A stretch of DNA of 64,000 nt, taken from Paraspadella gotoi (taxonomy: Eukaryota > Animalia > Chaetognatha). The notes under the pieces were generated by a model. The model was not told the DNA's origin. It saw only the letters and a program-made list of their open reading frames with translations, and searched no databases. This document shows positions 1 to 13,862 of the stretch, one piece after another (within the stretch, counting starts at the first letter, position 1; the number at the start of each line of letters is the position of its first letter). Where the stretch lies: positions 10,485,607 to 10,549,606 of the forward strand of contig CM119268.1 in NCBI GenBank assembly GCA_051294375.1. The letters run 5' to 3'. Position numbers and translations under genes: made by a program.

Positions 1-2
1 CG

Positions 3-293
3 TCTACCCTTCGTCGAGTTGACAGCGATCGCGCCTTCAACGGCGGAGTCAAGGACGCCACCAACGGAACCGGAAGTGACGGCCTCGCCGACCGACGCCT
101 CTGCGCCTCTGCCGACGAACTTAGTAGCCTGGCCACCAACGGTGACGCCTCCCACGACAAAGAAGCGGGTGCCGGTGCGGCCCACGCCTGGAATGGGACA
201 TCTTCGGACGAGCAGCCGCAGCCGCATCAGCATCAAACGATGGAGTTTCTGGAGATGTGCGGTAATCTCATCTCTGCCCTCAATCTTGGATAA
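3..293 (+). CDS. PRKAA: 3' terminal exon of AMP-activated protein kinase catalytic (alpha) subunit; gene starts upstream of the window
   Basis: Frame 3 is open from the window edge to TAA at 291-293: STLRRVDSDRAF...QHQTMEFLEMCGNLISALNLG*. The ending matches the conserved AMPK-alpha C-terminal helix (HT[I/M][E/D]FFEMCAxLIxxL) and follows an S/T/G-rich linker like the ST loop. This frame is not in the supplied ORF track. Confidence 0.8.
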   Translation, partial: STLRRVDSDRAFNGGVKDATNGTGSDGLADRRLCASADELSSLATNGDASHDKEAGAGAAHAWNGTSSDEQPQPHQHQTMEFLEMCGNLISALNLG

Positions 294-1348
294 GAAGGAA
301 TTAAGGTCTTTTGCTTTCGTATATTTCCATTCACTCTCACTTTTACCTCCGCCCTTTCTTAACTTGTGCCTTATTGCTTTGATACGTTTTTGAAATCTTG
401 TTATACTTGAAACCAAAGCGTCAATCACGAAAAAGGGGAAAGATGCCCCGCGATTGAGAAAGTCCCCGCCTTAAAGGTGCTTTAGGTCTGGATGACGTTT
501 ATCTTTTCTATTCGAGTTCGATCCCCAAACGTTTTTGTTAGGGTCGCTTGCAATTTCCTCACTTCGTGTATCGTTGCGATTCTTTTCAATTCGATTACGT
601 AATTTGATCGCGTTTATGAGTTAGATTTTGATTATATTTTTTATGTCAGTCGAGGTTTTTTGTCGCTCTTGCTCAAATGAGAGCATATCGATTAAAACTA
701 GTATTTTTTATAAGTCTTACTTTGGAAATTAAATGGCCGGTTTTCTCAAGTTTTTTTTTTAAATTAACTACCAAAAGCTCAATAATAGTGGAAATTAAAA
801 TGTCTTTTAATGATCCTTGAACATTAAAAAAAATTACTGTTCTTACATTGTATTTTTTTGCTGAATCGAGTTTTAGACATTGAAATTTTAGTTTCCCCCT
901 CTAAAGTAATGTTAAATTTTACCTCCATATCTTTTCTGATACGGGTAACTCACAGCCCAATTTTTTTCTACACCCATTTTTGTTATTTTATATTTTTATT
1001 TAATTACTATTATTTTTACCTATACCACTCAAAATATTTTAGATTAATTATTTTTTTCTCCATGTAGTATTAGATCTAAATTTTCCGCTTGTGTAAGTTT
1101 TTTTAAACCTCACAATTACATCGTGATTTTTAACAAATTCGTTTTTTTTTTTCTTTACTTTTCTGGCGGCTACTAAGTTATATTATCTAGCCAGGGAATT
1201 TTACAGGTACTTGTTCATTTGAGGTCTCTTTTTTATTTTTATTTTTAACAATATATCTAAAGCTACGAACGAGGCATTTTTATTAATTTCAATCCGACGT
1301 CTAATTAATCTGGTGGGCGGCCCGAACTCTCTTATCAAGTTCATCCTT

Positions 1349-4300
1349 TCATTTCTTCTGGTAAGCATCGGTAACGGTCTTGAGTTCCTCCAGCAACGTC
1401 TGATGTCGATACTCCATCCGGGTGTTTGGCACGTTGGTCTTTTGAACGTCGTTGGAAGCGGCACCCTCTTTGCTGAGGTAGTTCTCACCGATCCAAGCCT
1501 AAGAAATCCCGTGACGAATGTCTTAGGAGAAATCCACGAGGGTTGTGGGAAATAAAATCCCGCAAGTTCAGCTCACCTGCTTGAGAGCGTGAGCGAACGA
1601 GGACATGAAAACGCTGTTTCTCGCCAATTCGCACAAATCCGCCGTGCTTAGCTTCCAGACCTGCGTGCCGAGTATCGTCGTATTGGAATCAAAATCAACC
1701 AGATTGCGTCAATTTTTTTTTGTTTTTCGTCATAAACCTGAGCGGCGACGCTGTATTCTTCCATTAAAGGCTCCTTGGTATAATGGAACTGCAGCGGGTC
1801 GTCGGTGGAGAGCGAAATAAGTAAACCTCTTGCCAAATATTGCGGCAAAGGATTCTTGTTGTATTCCAGAAACAGTTTGTTGTTGCTAAGCGGCGACATG
1901 GCGACGCCCATCTGAAAAGTTAATAACTTTTCAAAGGGGTGATAATAGTTAAGCATAGGCGATAGGGGCTTGTGTAATGAAAATTAAGAAGCATTCCTCC
2001 GTCTGTTGTATACATCTATGCGGGTTACTTTTACTTTCGCCGACCGGGGTTAAGGGTAGTTTAGGGGTGGTTTTGTGTTAGGGGGGGTTAGAGTTTAAAG
2101 GTTTTAAGGTTAGAGTAATTAGATATTTTTTTTTTAAATAAGTATTTTTAAATATTTTTTTAAAAGCCGCCAAACCCGCGGTCGGCGAAAGTAAAATTTA
2201 GCCCATATATTCCTTCACCTGAGCCAAATAAAATAGATATTGAATCACAGACGCGTTTTTTAACTGAAGTCCGTGCGATATGTTGTCCGAAGTGAGGAAG
2301 GCCGTCGCCAAATGGTGAGTCTGAGGATAAACAAAAATGTTTTGTCAGCGAAATGGCCAAAACCGATCAATCTGGATATTAAGGATTAGAAAGGTTCCGC
2401 GTTATATTGTAATTGTATCACGGGTTTTTCGCCCTCAAAATAAAAAAAAAAAAAAAAAATCTACTTAAAAACCGTCTCCAAACCCACCGCGCCCGACTCG
2501 CCGCAATGAGGTCGCAGGCAGAATGTGTTCATTCCTCTCGATCTCCGGAAATGATTCAAAGCTCGGATATTGGCGTACATGAAGTAGAGATAGTAGGCGT
2601 AGCACGGGTTCTCAGGGTGATTAGCGTTGTAGTCCTGAATAACGTGACGTTGAGGAATCAATAGTATTTTTCTCGTCTCATTGCTCGAATCACTTGCGGC
2701 AATGGGACGCCCTGTTCCAAGAGCTCAATTTCCGGTTTCGATTCGTCGTCGACCGAATCGAAGGCGCGAACGTACTGTAAATAATTTGAAATTAATCGCG
2801 CAAATCGAGAGGAAACGTCACGTTTGAATTAATTTCACACGTTTCATATTGTACAATGAACCACATATCCGTGGGACAAAGATTTTATTTGGATAAACGT
2901 GCCTGCAAAAACTTATGAATCTCCGGGTATTGCTCTGGATGGTTGGTCGCTTGGAAGAGCGGCATAAAGACGTTGTGCATTAACTCTTCGAAGCTCTTGA
3001 CGGATTTCGTCTTTTGCAGTGAGAAGAATAGAAATGAAGACGATTAAACAATAAGCAATAACGTTGAACTATTCGAATATCGGGTATTCGAAATTGGCGC
3101 CTTCATCTACGTCAATTTTAAAAAAAGATAATGATAAACCTTGAGGAAAACGTCGAAAATCCTCGGGACTTGTATGATCCATCTGACTTGAGTGGAGAAC
3201 ATGACGTTTCTGACGCCCCACTCGCAGAGGCGTTGCCACTCGTCGGGGCTTCGACCGTAGATGGAAATGCGGAGCTCGTTGAACGAATATCGACTTTCTT
3301 CTAATCCATGCATCACTTCTTTGATGATCTTTGCAAAGTATTCTCCCTTCGGAAGAAATTATGCGGTTCATGTTTAATTTGCCAGACGAAAAAGTCACGA
3401 ATGTTTCACCTTGATATAGTTGTCACTTTTGATGAAAACGTCACGAAGATGCGCGCACCCCATAGGATTGTACTTGTTGTTGAACCGATCGAATCTGACA
3501 TTTTAAAGAAATTCCATCTAATATTTGCCAATTTCAATTTTTATTTCCCTCGGGACGATTTAAAAAAAAAAAAACTTTCAAAAGCAATAAAACCTTTGGA
3601 AGGTGTTCCTGTCTGCGTGGACGTCTAGCATGTCGACGTTGATGTCGTCGGCACCGGCGAGCCCGGCCTCTTTTAAGATGTCGTTGAGGGTCATCTTCCC
3701 CTTTTCCCGGTCCTCGACGACGACCCTGTCTCCCTCCTGAAACAAAAGGAATGGGAGTAATCGGCGATTACTAATTTGCAGACGATTCTATTCTCGGGTT
3801 ATATTATTATGTATGTTTATAACAGTTTCAAAAGAATTAATTTAAGCTTTTACTTATTAATTGCTAACTTCTCACCGTATTGATCGTCTTCCGAATGAAG
3901 GTGAGAAAATGCTTCTGATTCATCGATCCCGCGGCGTGAATGTGAGTGTCGACTTTTCTCACGTTGTAAAAGTCTCTGTAAGTGATGTCTCGAAGTTCGT
4001 TCGTCTCGGTGAGGTCGTTGTTCAACGCGTACATACTGAATTTGTTTTCCAGCATTTTCAGTCGGCGCCAGGCGAAACTATAGAGTCAAAAGGGAGAAAT
4101 CGCTCATGTTCTCGCAACTAACTCTTCGGGTTTCACCTCTTGCAAGTTCCGTTGTTGGCGATCTGAACCAAGTGCATGTGATCTTGGATAAATTCTTGAA
4201 AGTCTGGGTACTTGAGGTCCACTTCGTCTTTGAATTCTGCGTCCTTGAAGGCGTGAACAACACCGTCCACCATCTCAATGTTGGGTTGTGGGGGTGGGGG

Positions 4301-5586
4301 GCGTAGAGATGGTTGAGAAAAGCCAGAGGGTTGAAGGACTTCGAGGCCGTCACACAGTACTCTATATTAGTAAATTGCATATGGCAAGAAATTTGAATTC
4401 AGTTTCGACATTATCGATAGAAAATGCTTCATTTCATCATTATGCTGCAATTCTTTACGGATATTCTTTAAATAAGCCATGACTTAAAAAAGCATATTGA
4501 CGTTGACCTCATAGCAAACACCTTGAAAAAGTATCCCTGGGATCCGGGCAGATCGAACGAGAACGGATCGTCGACGTTGGCGAAGTGGAACACTTCCTGC
4601 TGACGGAACTCGTTCGGCGGCATCCACATCATGTGGGGCACTTGGAACTCCTGAAAGGGAAATTATGACATTTTCACATCCGCTTTGCACGCTATAGTAA
4701 AAGGATGACCTTCGAAAGTTTGGTTTTGTGAAAAGTCTGCTCGAGGTAACGGTGAGTCGTGGGAAAGAAGCCGGATTGCAACGATCCCGCTAAGGGTCGA
4801 AATAAAAATTTAACTCGGTCAATTCAAATGGAAGTGACGCGCGTGTAAGCGACGGAATAGCTATCAACTGACCCAAATATTTTTGTCTCAGCAGCAAAGC
4901 GATGATGACTTGCTGCGCAGCGTGCTGCACGTCGGAGACTTCGACGCCACCGATTATGTCGGTCGCAGGGGCTTAAAGTGGAAGGGTAGGGCGATAAGTT
5001 GCTAACTGGTAAGTCTCTGGAATTTATAATTTATTAGTTCGCTCTAAGTGTCAGTCTCAGTCTCAGTCTGCATCTCATAATAACGTAAGTTCAGTTAGTC
5101 GTTTCTTGAACCTTTCTTGTCGCCAACGCCTCCGCCAACGCCTCCGCCGCCTTTTTGTGCCGCTTTTCTGTGCAATTAAGACGAAACATCGCGCGAAAGT
5201 CGCGTTTAGGTATGAATTATAAAGTATTATTTTATTAAAACCACACCGCCCACTCGGAAACTCAACTGTTTGGAGACGCTTTGCCTCTTCGCTCCCTCCT
5301 CCCCCTTTTTCTTATCCACGGAAATGAAGGCGGAGAGGTCGTTGTTGTTGTTGACGTTGTAGGCAGAGTTGTTGTTGTAGTTGGCGTTCGCGTTGCCCCT
5401 GTAATAATAGTCTCGACTGTGATAATTATTGCTAAAGCCCTGACGAGCGAACGGGGGCGGACGACGGTTTGCGCTGTTGTTGTTGTAGTTGGCGTTCCGC
5501 GCCGAGTTGAAGGTGTTGGGCTGCGGTTGTCGTCGCAGGGGAATCGGGTCCAAGTAGCGCGGAACCGGGGCCTCGCTCAGGTTCAT
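1349..5586 (-). CDS. AMPD: AMP deaminase, multi-exon (about 16-17 exons)
   Basis: Spliced exons give the hallmark motifs in the correct order: [152 protein letters not shown]. Stop TGA at 1351-1349. The 5' end is uncertain; a possible further GC-rich exon lies at ~5839-5988. Confidence 0.95.
2029..2196. mobile_element. MITE-like element in an AMPD intron
   Basis: ~24-bp terminal inverted repeats TTTTACTTTCGCCGACCG(C)GGGTT at 2029-2051 and 2173-2196, enclosing degenerate TTAGGG-like repeats; no ORF. Confidence 0.6.
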
Positions 5587-7334
5587 CTAAACGATATTAA
5601 ATTATCAAAATAATTACGTGCGTTCTGACTTTTCTCTAATTTCAGGAATATGATTTGCACTGTGATTCATACACACACTAAAATGTCATTATCCTGACCC
5701 TAACCTTCACGCTTATGGTATAATTTTTATTTTTAGCACTGTCACTGTATTAAAGCTTCTCTATGAATGAAACTACTGCTATGGAACCTAGCAACTGAAT
5801 GCAAACATTTTATTCTTTGACTAATTTCTTTTCGTCACCCGACTTCTCTCTGCCGCGGCTTCGGCCGCTGACGCCGCGCCGTCCGCCCCCCAATCGAAGG
5901 AAGGGTAAGGTCGGGCGACGCCCGCTTCCGGTCTCCGCTCAGGACGGCGTCGCCCGCCCCCGTCGCCGCCGTAGAAACGACGCTGCATCAGGATACTTAA
6001 ACTTAAAATTTAAATTAAAAAAAGGTTATTCTAGTGGTTGTTGAACACGATAATCGTTTGAAGTCGGATTAACTTTTAAAGGGAGCATTGTTTTTGTTAC
6101 TTCTGGAGAATTGTAAATGTGAGATCCATTATGGCAGGAAAATTAAATTAAGAAAATGAAAGAAAACTAGACACTGAATTATGAACTATGCCCAAGTCGG
6201 TTGCTTCAATGTGTTATATTTGTTAGATACAGTAGTAAAACTATTGTGACAAGGTAACTCTTAAAAGATAGTAAATGTAACGAATTAAATGGTGGACTTT
6301 TGTTTTATATTCTGATGTTCCGTGAAGGAACTATGAATATGAGATAAAGAAAACAAAAGAACGGAAGTCTTAAGTTACAAAGGTTCTTTCCAAGAAACTA
6401 AGTACTTAAAAAGACTGGAAAAAAACGAAAGTAAAAAACAAGAGTGGGATCAAAGGATAAACGCTAATACTAAAAATTTTAAATTTGTTTATTTTCTATA
6501 CTTGGCTAATAATCGGTCACCTATTTACGTATTTTTAAGGAAATAGAGCGGTCGAAATTCTTTTCTCCAACTGCCGGCCACGAGCCAGATTTTGGCCAGG
6601 TTTTAGCTTCGAGACATACGAAGGATAGTGGAGGGGAAAAGCCGGATCTGGATTCTTGCTCTCCTTTCCTTTCTGAATCAACGAATAAAATAAAAACAGC
6701 TAACGGCCAACCTGACTCATGATGATTACTATCTACGTCATGTGGTTCCTTATTTTAAAAGAAACAACAACAAAACGAAATGAACAAGAAACTTTCCAAA
6801 AATTAGCAACTCGCATAAACATATATTTTAATTCTACTTTTCGATTTGCGCTATGCCAAGCAGGCTCATACAAAATTTTGCTTTTGAACTTTTAAGGTCA
6901 GAATTTAAATTTTTTTTTAAAAAAGCATTTCATATATTTATTTTTCATACATTTTAAAAAAATTAGCAAACACAATGATGAATCTAGCGATTAAAACGAC
7001 ATCGGAGGAAAAAAAAAATTTTTGTGACGAGATTATTTAAGATTATTTATGATACATCTAAAAGGTTCGGATCAACGTTCCTTTCTTTTCCAACAATTTC
7101 CATTTCGACCTTTAAATCGATTATTTTTAAACGCGAAAAGCTTTCGAGGCGCCTTCGAAACTTCGAATCAGAAATCTCAGTATTTCTTCAAATCTCGAAA
7201 TCTCCTGAGAAGTGGATCGAGAATCGAGGTCTTCTTCAATCAACGCACTCGATGACTTTCGACCTCAATCCAAACTCGAATCGGAAAATCGTGACATCGC
7301 GACGATTCTGAGTTCGACCGAGACCAAAAAAAAA

Positions 7335-7625
7335 AATGTAGAATGATATACTAATTATTCTATTAGATAATGGATATAGTTTAGACTGGGGAAGACTAAA
7401 TTGTGGGAGAAGGATCGACGGCTCGTATATTTCGGACGAAATAGGGCTGACTGGAATGTCGATTAGTATTTTAACTTTTTGGTGGCATATAGGGAAGGCT
7501 GGGATACTCATTTTTGGTAATTAAAGCCATATTTTCTGGATTATATTAATGACTCATTTTTTTGGACGGACAGACATATGCAGCGCAGGTACCTATTGAT
7601 TTAGCCGAAGGCGATAGAATAAAAT
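7335..7625 (+). mobile_element. possible non-autonomous Helentron/HINE-like fragment
   Basis: GGACGGACAGAC microsatellite seed followed by a short GCCGAAGGC hairpin and an A-rich end, a layout typical of DINE-1/HINE 3' ends. Confidence 0.3.
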
Positions 7626-7796
7626 CGCAGTAGCCACCGAAAAAGGTGTTATTGGTGCAATTGGTTGGTTTCTATCACGTGATCCAGATATTGTCACTGA
7701 TTGCTGAGCCGACCTTCATTTTTTTCTTTTTGTTCCATTGTTTTTGAAGTTGACCAGAGAGTGAGAGAGAGATAGAAAAAGGGAGAGAGAGAGAGA

Positions 7797-7844
<48 letters not shown>

Positions 7845-8328
7845 GAGAGAAAGAAACAAACTCAGCTTCGATTTTGTTCTGCTGGCTTAAGTTAAGCCCT
7901 TTAAGCCTGTTGTACTTATCATCGCCTTTTGTTATTTATTTTTTTGGTGAATAACTGAAAGACGTGAATACATTTTATGATATTTTATGAATATATATTT
8001 TTGAAAAGCTGTTATTTCTCAAAACTAATGTCTTTTAGCTACCTACTCTTTTTAAATCATTCCCAAGATTACTCCGAGGAGATTTCAAACTTAAAATTTC
8101 ATCTTTCAACGGAGAAGTTGTAAAGTGAAAAAAGATGTCTAATGGCAGCCATTTCGTATCGGCAATGGCGAGGTCATTAAGTTCGCTTTGAAAACTTTTT
8201 AAGTCGCAAAAATGGATTTGAACAAAGTCTTAATAAATTTGCAAGATTTAATCATGAGTGTTCTGAACGGGCTCTCCATAATTTTAAAGCGATAATCATC
8301 TTTGGACTTTGATCAAGGGAGGGACATA

Positions 8329-8330
<2 letters not shown>

Positions 8331-8397
<67 letters not shown>

Positions 8398-8400
8398 GAG
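8331..8400. repeat. (GA)n microsatellite
   Basis: Direct observation; one of many similar tracts in the window. Confidence 0.95.
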
Positions 8401-10865
8401 ATTTTGCTCTATCATTTCTTCTAACAATCTTTTTTTTTAACACTCGATGAAAATAGGGATTTTCTTGAGAAGGAACTGATTTCCTTATATGCTCTAAAAC
8501 AATTTTTACAACGATTTTTTCTTTTTTTCTATGCTTCTTTAGGCTTTTAAATGACTCTGATCTCGGAGATATCAATCTTGATATCATAGAAATTCTCATT
8601 GATAAAGATATTGAAAATTGTTTTGTTTTTCGACCATTTACCCTTTTCTTGAATCGGCGGAAAGACGAAATTTTTTTTATCTTTTCAATTTTAATTTTCC
8701 CCTCGATCATTTGGATCCTAAAACATCAAAGGCTTTTTTTCCTCTGTAAAGGTTCGATATTTAAATAAGTTTAATTATTCCAACGACGGAGAAAGTTAAG
8801 TTGTCCCGGCATAAAAGATGAAAAAGGTCGTCGTCGTCGTCGTCGTCGTCGTCGTCTACAACCACCAACGTTTCCATCAAGTTTGTTTTTTCTTAAAAAT
8901 GTGAATTCACGTTTCTTCTGGAATCGAAACGAAATATCCTCACAAAGTTCGAAAAATTTGAGAATAAAAAATCATCAAAGAACAATCTCTCTCAATTAAG
9001 TTTTAAAATGACTGCATTTAATTATTAAAGCTTTGTGGGTTTCTAACTTCGTCGACGGCAAAAAAAATCTTTTTATAAATTGATTGATTAGTTGATAGAC
9101 TGGATTGATTGATTGGTTGATACTTGATAGATAGATTTGATTTGATCGATGGAAGATTCTTCGGCTAAAAACCACTTCAATTTTTAAAATCATTCATGAT
9201 ATTTTTTTTATCTTTTTCACAAAAAAGATTTAATTGATTTAATCAATATTTTTTTTTACAGCAAAGTAACAAACGAAAGTTTTTTCTGTCGGAGAAATGC
9301 TATGATAATTTCTGTGCCAAGAATCGGATTCGCTTCTTTGCGTCGGATTGCGATGCCGATTCGAGTCTAGAATCCAATTTCTCGATTATGTTTCTTCCCG
9401 AAATAACCGCCGAGTTTCACTTTACATCGAAATAAAAAAAAAAACTGTGCTAATCGTACAAACATTTTCATCCGACTTTTCGGGCATCAAAAAGTGAATC
9501 CCATCTCGTTCATCATAAACTTTAATACTTGGGTATTAAAAAGGCCCCAAAACTTATACCCCACGTTTTTAAATACCCCCCATCCTAAACCGCAAGCCCC
9601 GCCCACTCGCCGAGATCGCCAAACCCCCAATACCGGTCAGCTCAAGAGGAAATACTAGGGTTTTTTTTATCCTCCGAGAATATTTTACATCTTCTCGGCG
9701 AAAGACGCATTTCAAAAAAATTTAAAAAAGTTTTTCCCCAAAAGTCCATTAAAACCTAATCCTTTTCACGAATTCTCTTTTCGAACAAAAGAATAAAAAA
9801 CTCATCCCAGTCCCGAGTTTCGTCGAAAAACAGAAATTCGAGATTCGAGGGGAAATTTCGACGAGGACGACAACGACGACGACAACGACAACGACGACGA
9901 CAACGACGACCATCATGCTGGAAGGCTGCGACGTAATCGCGGATTCGACAGTCGGTGACTCAGAAATTCGCCCCAAAATCAGCAAAACAGGTTTTCATAT
10001 CGAAAAAAAAAACCCAGTTTTTAAAGTCCGGTGTTTACTTTTCCTTTGTCTGCTCTCTTTTACGACTGCACCGTTAAAAAAATTTATGTGACAAATGAAT
10101 TTTATTTAAAAAAAAGGATCGATTAAATTTAAAAGCGAATTAAGTTTTTTAAAAGCTAAAGAACATAATATAACCTTCAATAAATTAACTTATAAAAACA
10201 AAGTTGAGACGGCACGGGTTCAACAACCTTAAAAAAAAAACTCTTTTCAGTGCAGCGGGAACGAAAATATATAAACACGCTATTGTCTCAGTTCTCTCCG
10301 TTATCCTGATTTTTCCAATTTTCTTGATTCTCCCAATTCTTCCAATTCTCTCCTTTCTCCTAATTCTCGTGATTCTCTCAATTCTCGCGATTCTTCCTTC
10401 TTTCGTTCTCACGGGCGACGTGGCCTTCTCGAAGAATCTTTGGGTCTGGGATCGGCTCAAAGTACAATCAATGTTTAATGTCACCGCCGGTTGTAGACAA
10501 AATCAAATTTCGCCTCTGGTTTATATTTACTTTTACAACGACGAAAAAGATAAACTTCTTCAGTTTACTTCAGTTGTTTTTCCTTCAAAATGGGTTAGTT
10601 TTAACAAGAGATGTCGAATTGGGTTGCAAGTGCATTACATATTTCTTAAAAGTTGCCTTTAAAGTTTAATGATGATATTCTCTTTTATTATTTAAATAGG
10701 AAGTTTTACATAAATGATGTCGGCTTTTAATTATGAAATTATTTCCGTGTATTTTACGAATAAGCATTCAAATCTTTCAATTTTATATTTAGCTTGTTAA
10801 ATTTAAGTTTTGAAAATATCAACATAAACATATTTTAGTTATAAACATTTTTGTTTATTTCACAG

Positions 10866-13669
10866 TGAAACATGGGAGTCATCGTTACGCTAAAAAAGTA
10901 GAAGATGTTGTCGCAGAGCACATCAAGTACAGCAGGTAAAACATATTAAATTACTAAGAAAAGAATGTTACAACTTATTAAACAAAAATAGCGAGTATAT
11001 ATTATGCAAAAAATATAGATTTTGATCTGTATTACGCATTTCGATTACACCTCATGACTCATTGACTGATGTCTCAATTAAAATTATTTTCTTCCTTCAA
11101 GACAATTGCTTCCTATAAGTAAAACTAAAACGTAATCTCAAATTGACGTTCTTCCGGAATTTTCACATGAGTGTGAAAAAAAATTTTTTTCTCTCTCTAA
11201 CATCCGGTTGAGTTTTTTTTTTTAACTGTATCTCTTAACTCAATTAAAACAATTATTTACGTCGCAAAAATTACTGGAGTGAAATCTGTCAATGTTCAAC
11301 TTTTGTCACTGATCAATTCACGGGAGGTCAGATCAATTTGTCTTCTCGGGACGACAAATTGAAAAAAAAAGAATTTGAGTGCACTGTGTTCTGTATTTTA
11401 CGTAATATTCAACCTTGTTTGACGATTGACCAGTTGAGCTTTCAACCTTCATATCAACGGAGTGTTGGCTATTTCTCTGAATTAAATAACGTTGTTTCTG
11501 TTCGTTCAAATGGTAATCATCATCTCTATGTTTTCTATTATTATTAACACCTTTAAGTTTACGATTTTTTTCCTTTTAATCAAAATTTGAAAGAACCCTT
11601 TGGCTCAAATTAAAAAGAGGTTGAATTCAAGTCATTTTGATTCTAATTTTATTATCAAAATGATATTAAAAATACAAATTTCTCCGAAGGCAACAATCCG
11701 GAGATTCCGAGTGGAAAATCGTGGAAGATGACGGAGAAATGAAAGTCTTTATCCGAGAGACGGAGATGGACGGAATCACGTGTGATCCAATCAAAGCCAC
11801 GATGGGTAACTTTCCTTCCTGATTGGCTCAAAGCATTAAATATAACATTTGTATGTAAAAAAAAAGGGTTGCCACAACAAACCATCGAGTAAAATGTTAT
11901 CTTAGAAATCGCTATATAAAAATTTTTTGTATTAATGGTTGAAAATTTTAAATTTAATGTTACAGGGAGGCTGAATCAAGGGTAAAAATGGTCTGTGGAC
12001 ACAAAACTATCCACTTTACGATAATAATAACAATAACAATTTCTTTACAAACAGTAACAATAATAATTTCTTTACAAACAATTTCCTTACGATAACAATA
12101 ATAGTTATAATATAATAGCTAATCAATTTAAAATAGCCCTTTTTCTAATGATTTTTTCCCAACTTGTTCCATCTTCCCATCCAGAGGTGGAGGGGATTTC
12201 GGCCTTCGAGATTTGCGAAGCATTTTTCATCCCCGAAGCGCGAATGTTGTGGGAGACGACGCTCGACTCGTCCACGGTCATCGAGTCTTTAGACAAAGGT
12301 GAGGAATTGTGGGAGAGTAGGTTCATGTCGCTGCGATGTGTGGAGGATTCATATGAATTTTAAACAATATGATTTTTTTTTCATTGCCTGTAGTTTGTTT
12401 TTTTAAAAATTGGTTAAAATTTTACTGAAAATAGAAATAAATTTAAAAAAAAAAAGTTTAAATTTCTTCTTCAATTTCAGACACGCTCCTTTTCCATCAA
12501 AAGCACCGAAAAGTGTGGCCAGCTGCGCAACGTGACACCGTCGCCCTTACCCACATACGACCCATTCCCCTTGTCTCAGGCCCGACCTCGTCAGCCAATG
12601 GTGAGGCCGAACCTGAGGAGGATGAAGAGGAAGAGGTGAGTCTTTTCTGGTCATCGGCCCGAACCCCTGATAAGTTTTACGCGTGATTCTTTTGAAAGAT
12701 TAGAATGACAAAAAGCTTTCTTAATGAAAGTTTCAAAAATCTGTGAAGAATTTTTGGAGAAAGAGTAAGTTTTCTTTGAGAAGAGAAAAGTCGTCAAGTC
12801 ATATCGCATAACTACGTACTAATTTTACTACTTTGTCACCAATAATAAAACCATGTTAGGTTAAAGGGCGGGAAGTGCTTTTAGTTTTTCCGTTTGTCAT
12901 TTTCTCTTTCTTTTGAGAGAAAAAGAAGAAATTTTTTAAGTATTAATGTCAAGAAGCCAAAAAGTGATTTTGAATTCTGTAATGATATTGTACACAACTT
13001 TTTGGTCACAGATTTTCATTTTATTTTTTTAGGACGTGAACCTGGATTGGATCACAGTGAACTTTTCCGTGTTCGACATGGAAGAGGAGATTCCGGTGGG
13101 AAAATGCGTCAGAGCAAAGATTAACGGATCTATGTTGTGCCGGACAAAAATCAGGTTTGCGAGTATTTATTATTAATAAAAAGTAGCTTTCAATAATCTT
13201 TTTTAGCAATGTTTTCTCTTCCCAACAAGGTCGCCCAACAACAACTCCGAAGGCGGCGCTGCCACGCCATTGTCACGTGACCAAGTTTTTACGCGGGTCA
13301 TTTATCAATCCTACGTCGACGCCGGGGGCTGGGTCCCGGCGGCTGGGGTCAGGGCGCTAGCGAAAAGAGAATATCCAAGGTCAGAGATTTAAAGTTTTAA
13401 ACGACAATATCGATTTATTTGCATAATTTATAACTTTATATGTTATGAAAATCTTTTTTACTGTTGGGGAGTTTTTAAAAAATTCCTTCCGTAATACAAC
13501 TCCCACGCCTTCCTCACTTAAACTTACTCCCTCTTCATTTTCATTTTCATTTCCTCCTTTCAATTTCAGATTTGTTCGCAAATTCAGCGAATTCGTTCGC
13601 GAACAGAACAAAGACAAACCGATTCGCCTCTCGCCAGAGTCAACGCCCAAATCGAATCCCGACTCTTGA
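10866..13669 (+). CDS. CERT/STARD11-like START-domain lipid (ceramide) transfer protein; 5' exons uncertain (candidates ~9811-9955 and ~10250-10489)
   Basis: Exons at ~10866-10935, ~11690-11805, ~12185-12298, ~12481-12635, ~13033-13154, ~13230-13379 and ~13570-13669 give KHGSHRYAKKVEDVV..WKIVEDDGEMKVFIRETEMDGITCDPIKAT..WETTLD..HQKHRKVWPAAQRD..WITVNFSV..CVRAKIN..YVDAGGWVPAAGVRALAKREYPRFVRKFSEFV..KPI, collinear with the CERT START domain. Confidence 0.88.
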
Positions 13670-13769
13670 TCGACTGAGATTGAAGAGGATCGTCGGCCAA
13701 ATTGCAAAGCTGATTACAATACTCAGTGGAATAAATTAATTAATTATTACCTTATGTATATCTTAGCCC

Positions 13770-13772
<3 letters not shown>

Positions 13773-13862
<90 letters not shown>
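13773..13862. repeat. (GA)n microsatellite
   Basis: Direct observation. Confidence 0.95.

Noticed and set aside
19-393. 124-aa ORF from the supplied track
   Set aside because: Wrong frame; frame 3 carries the AMPK-alpha C-terminal motif.
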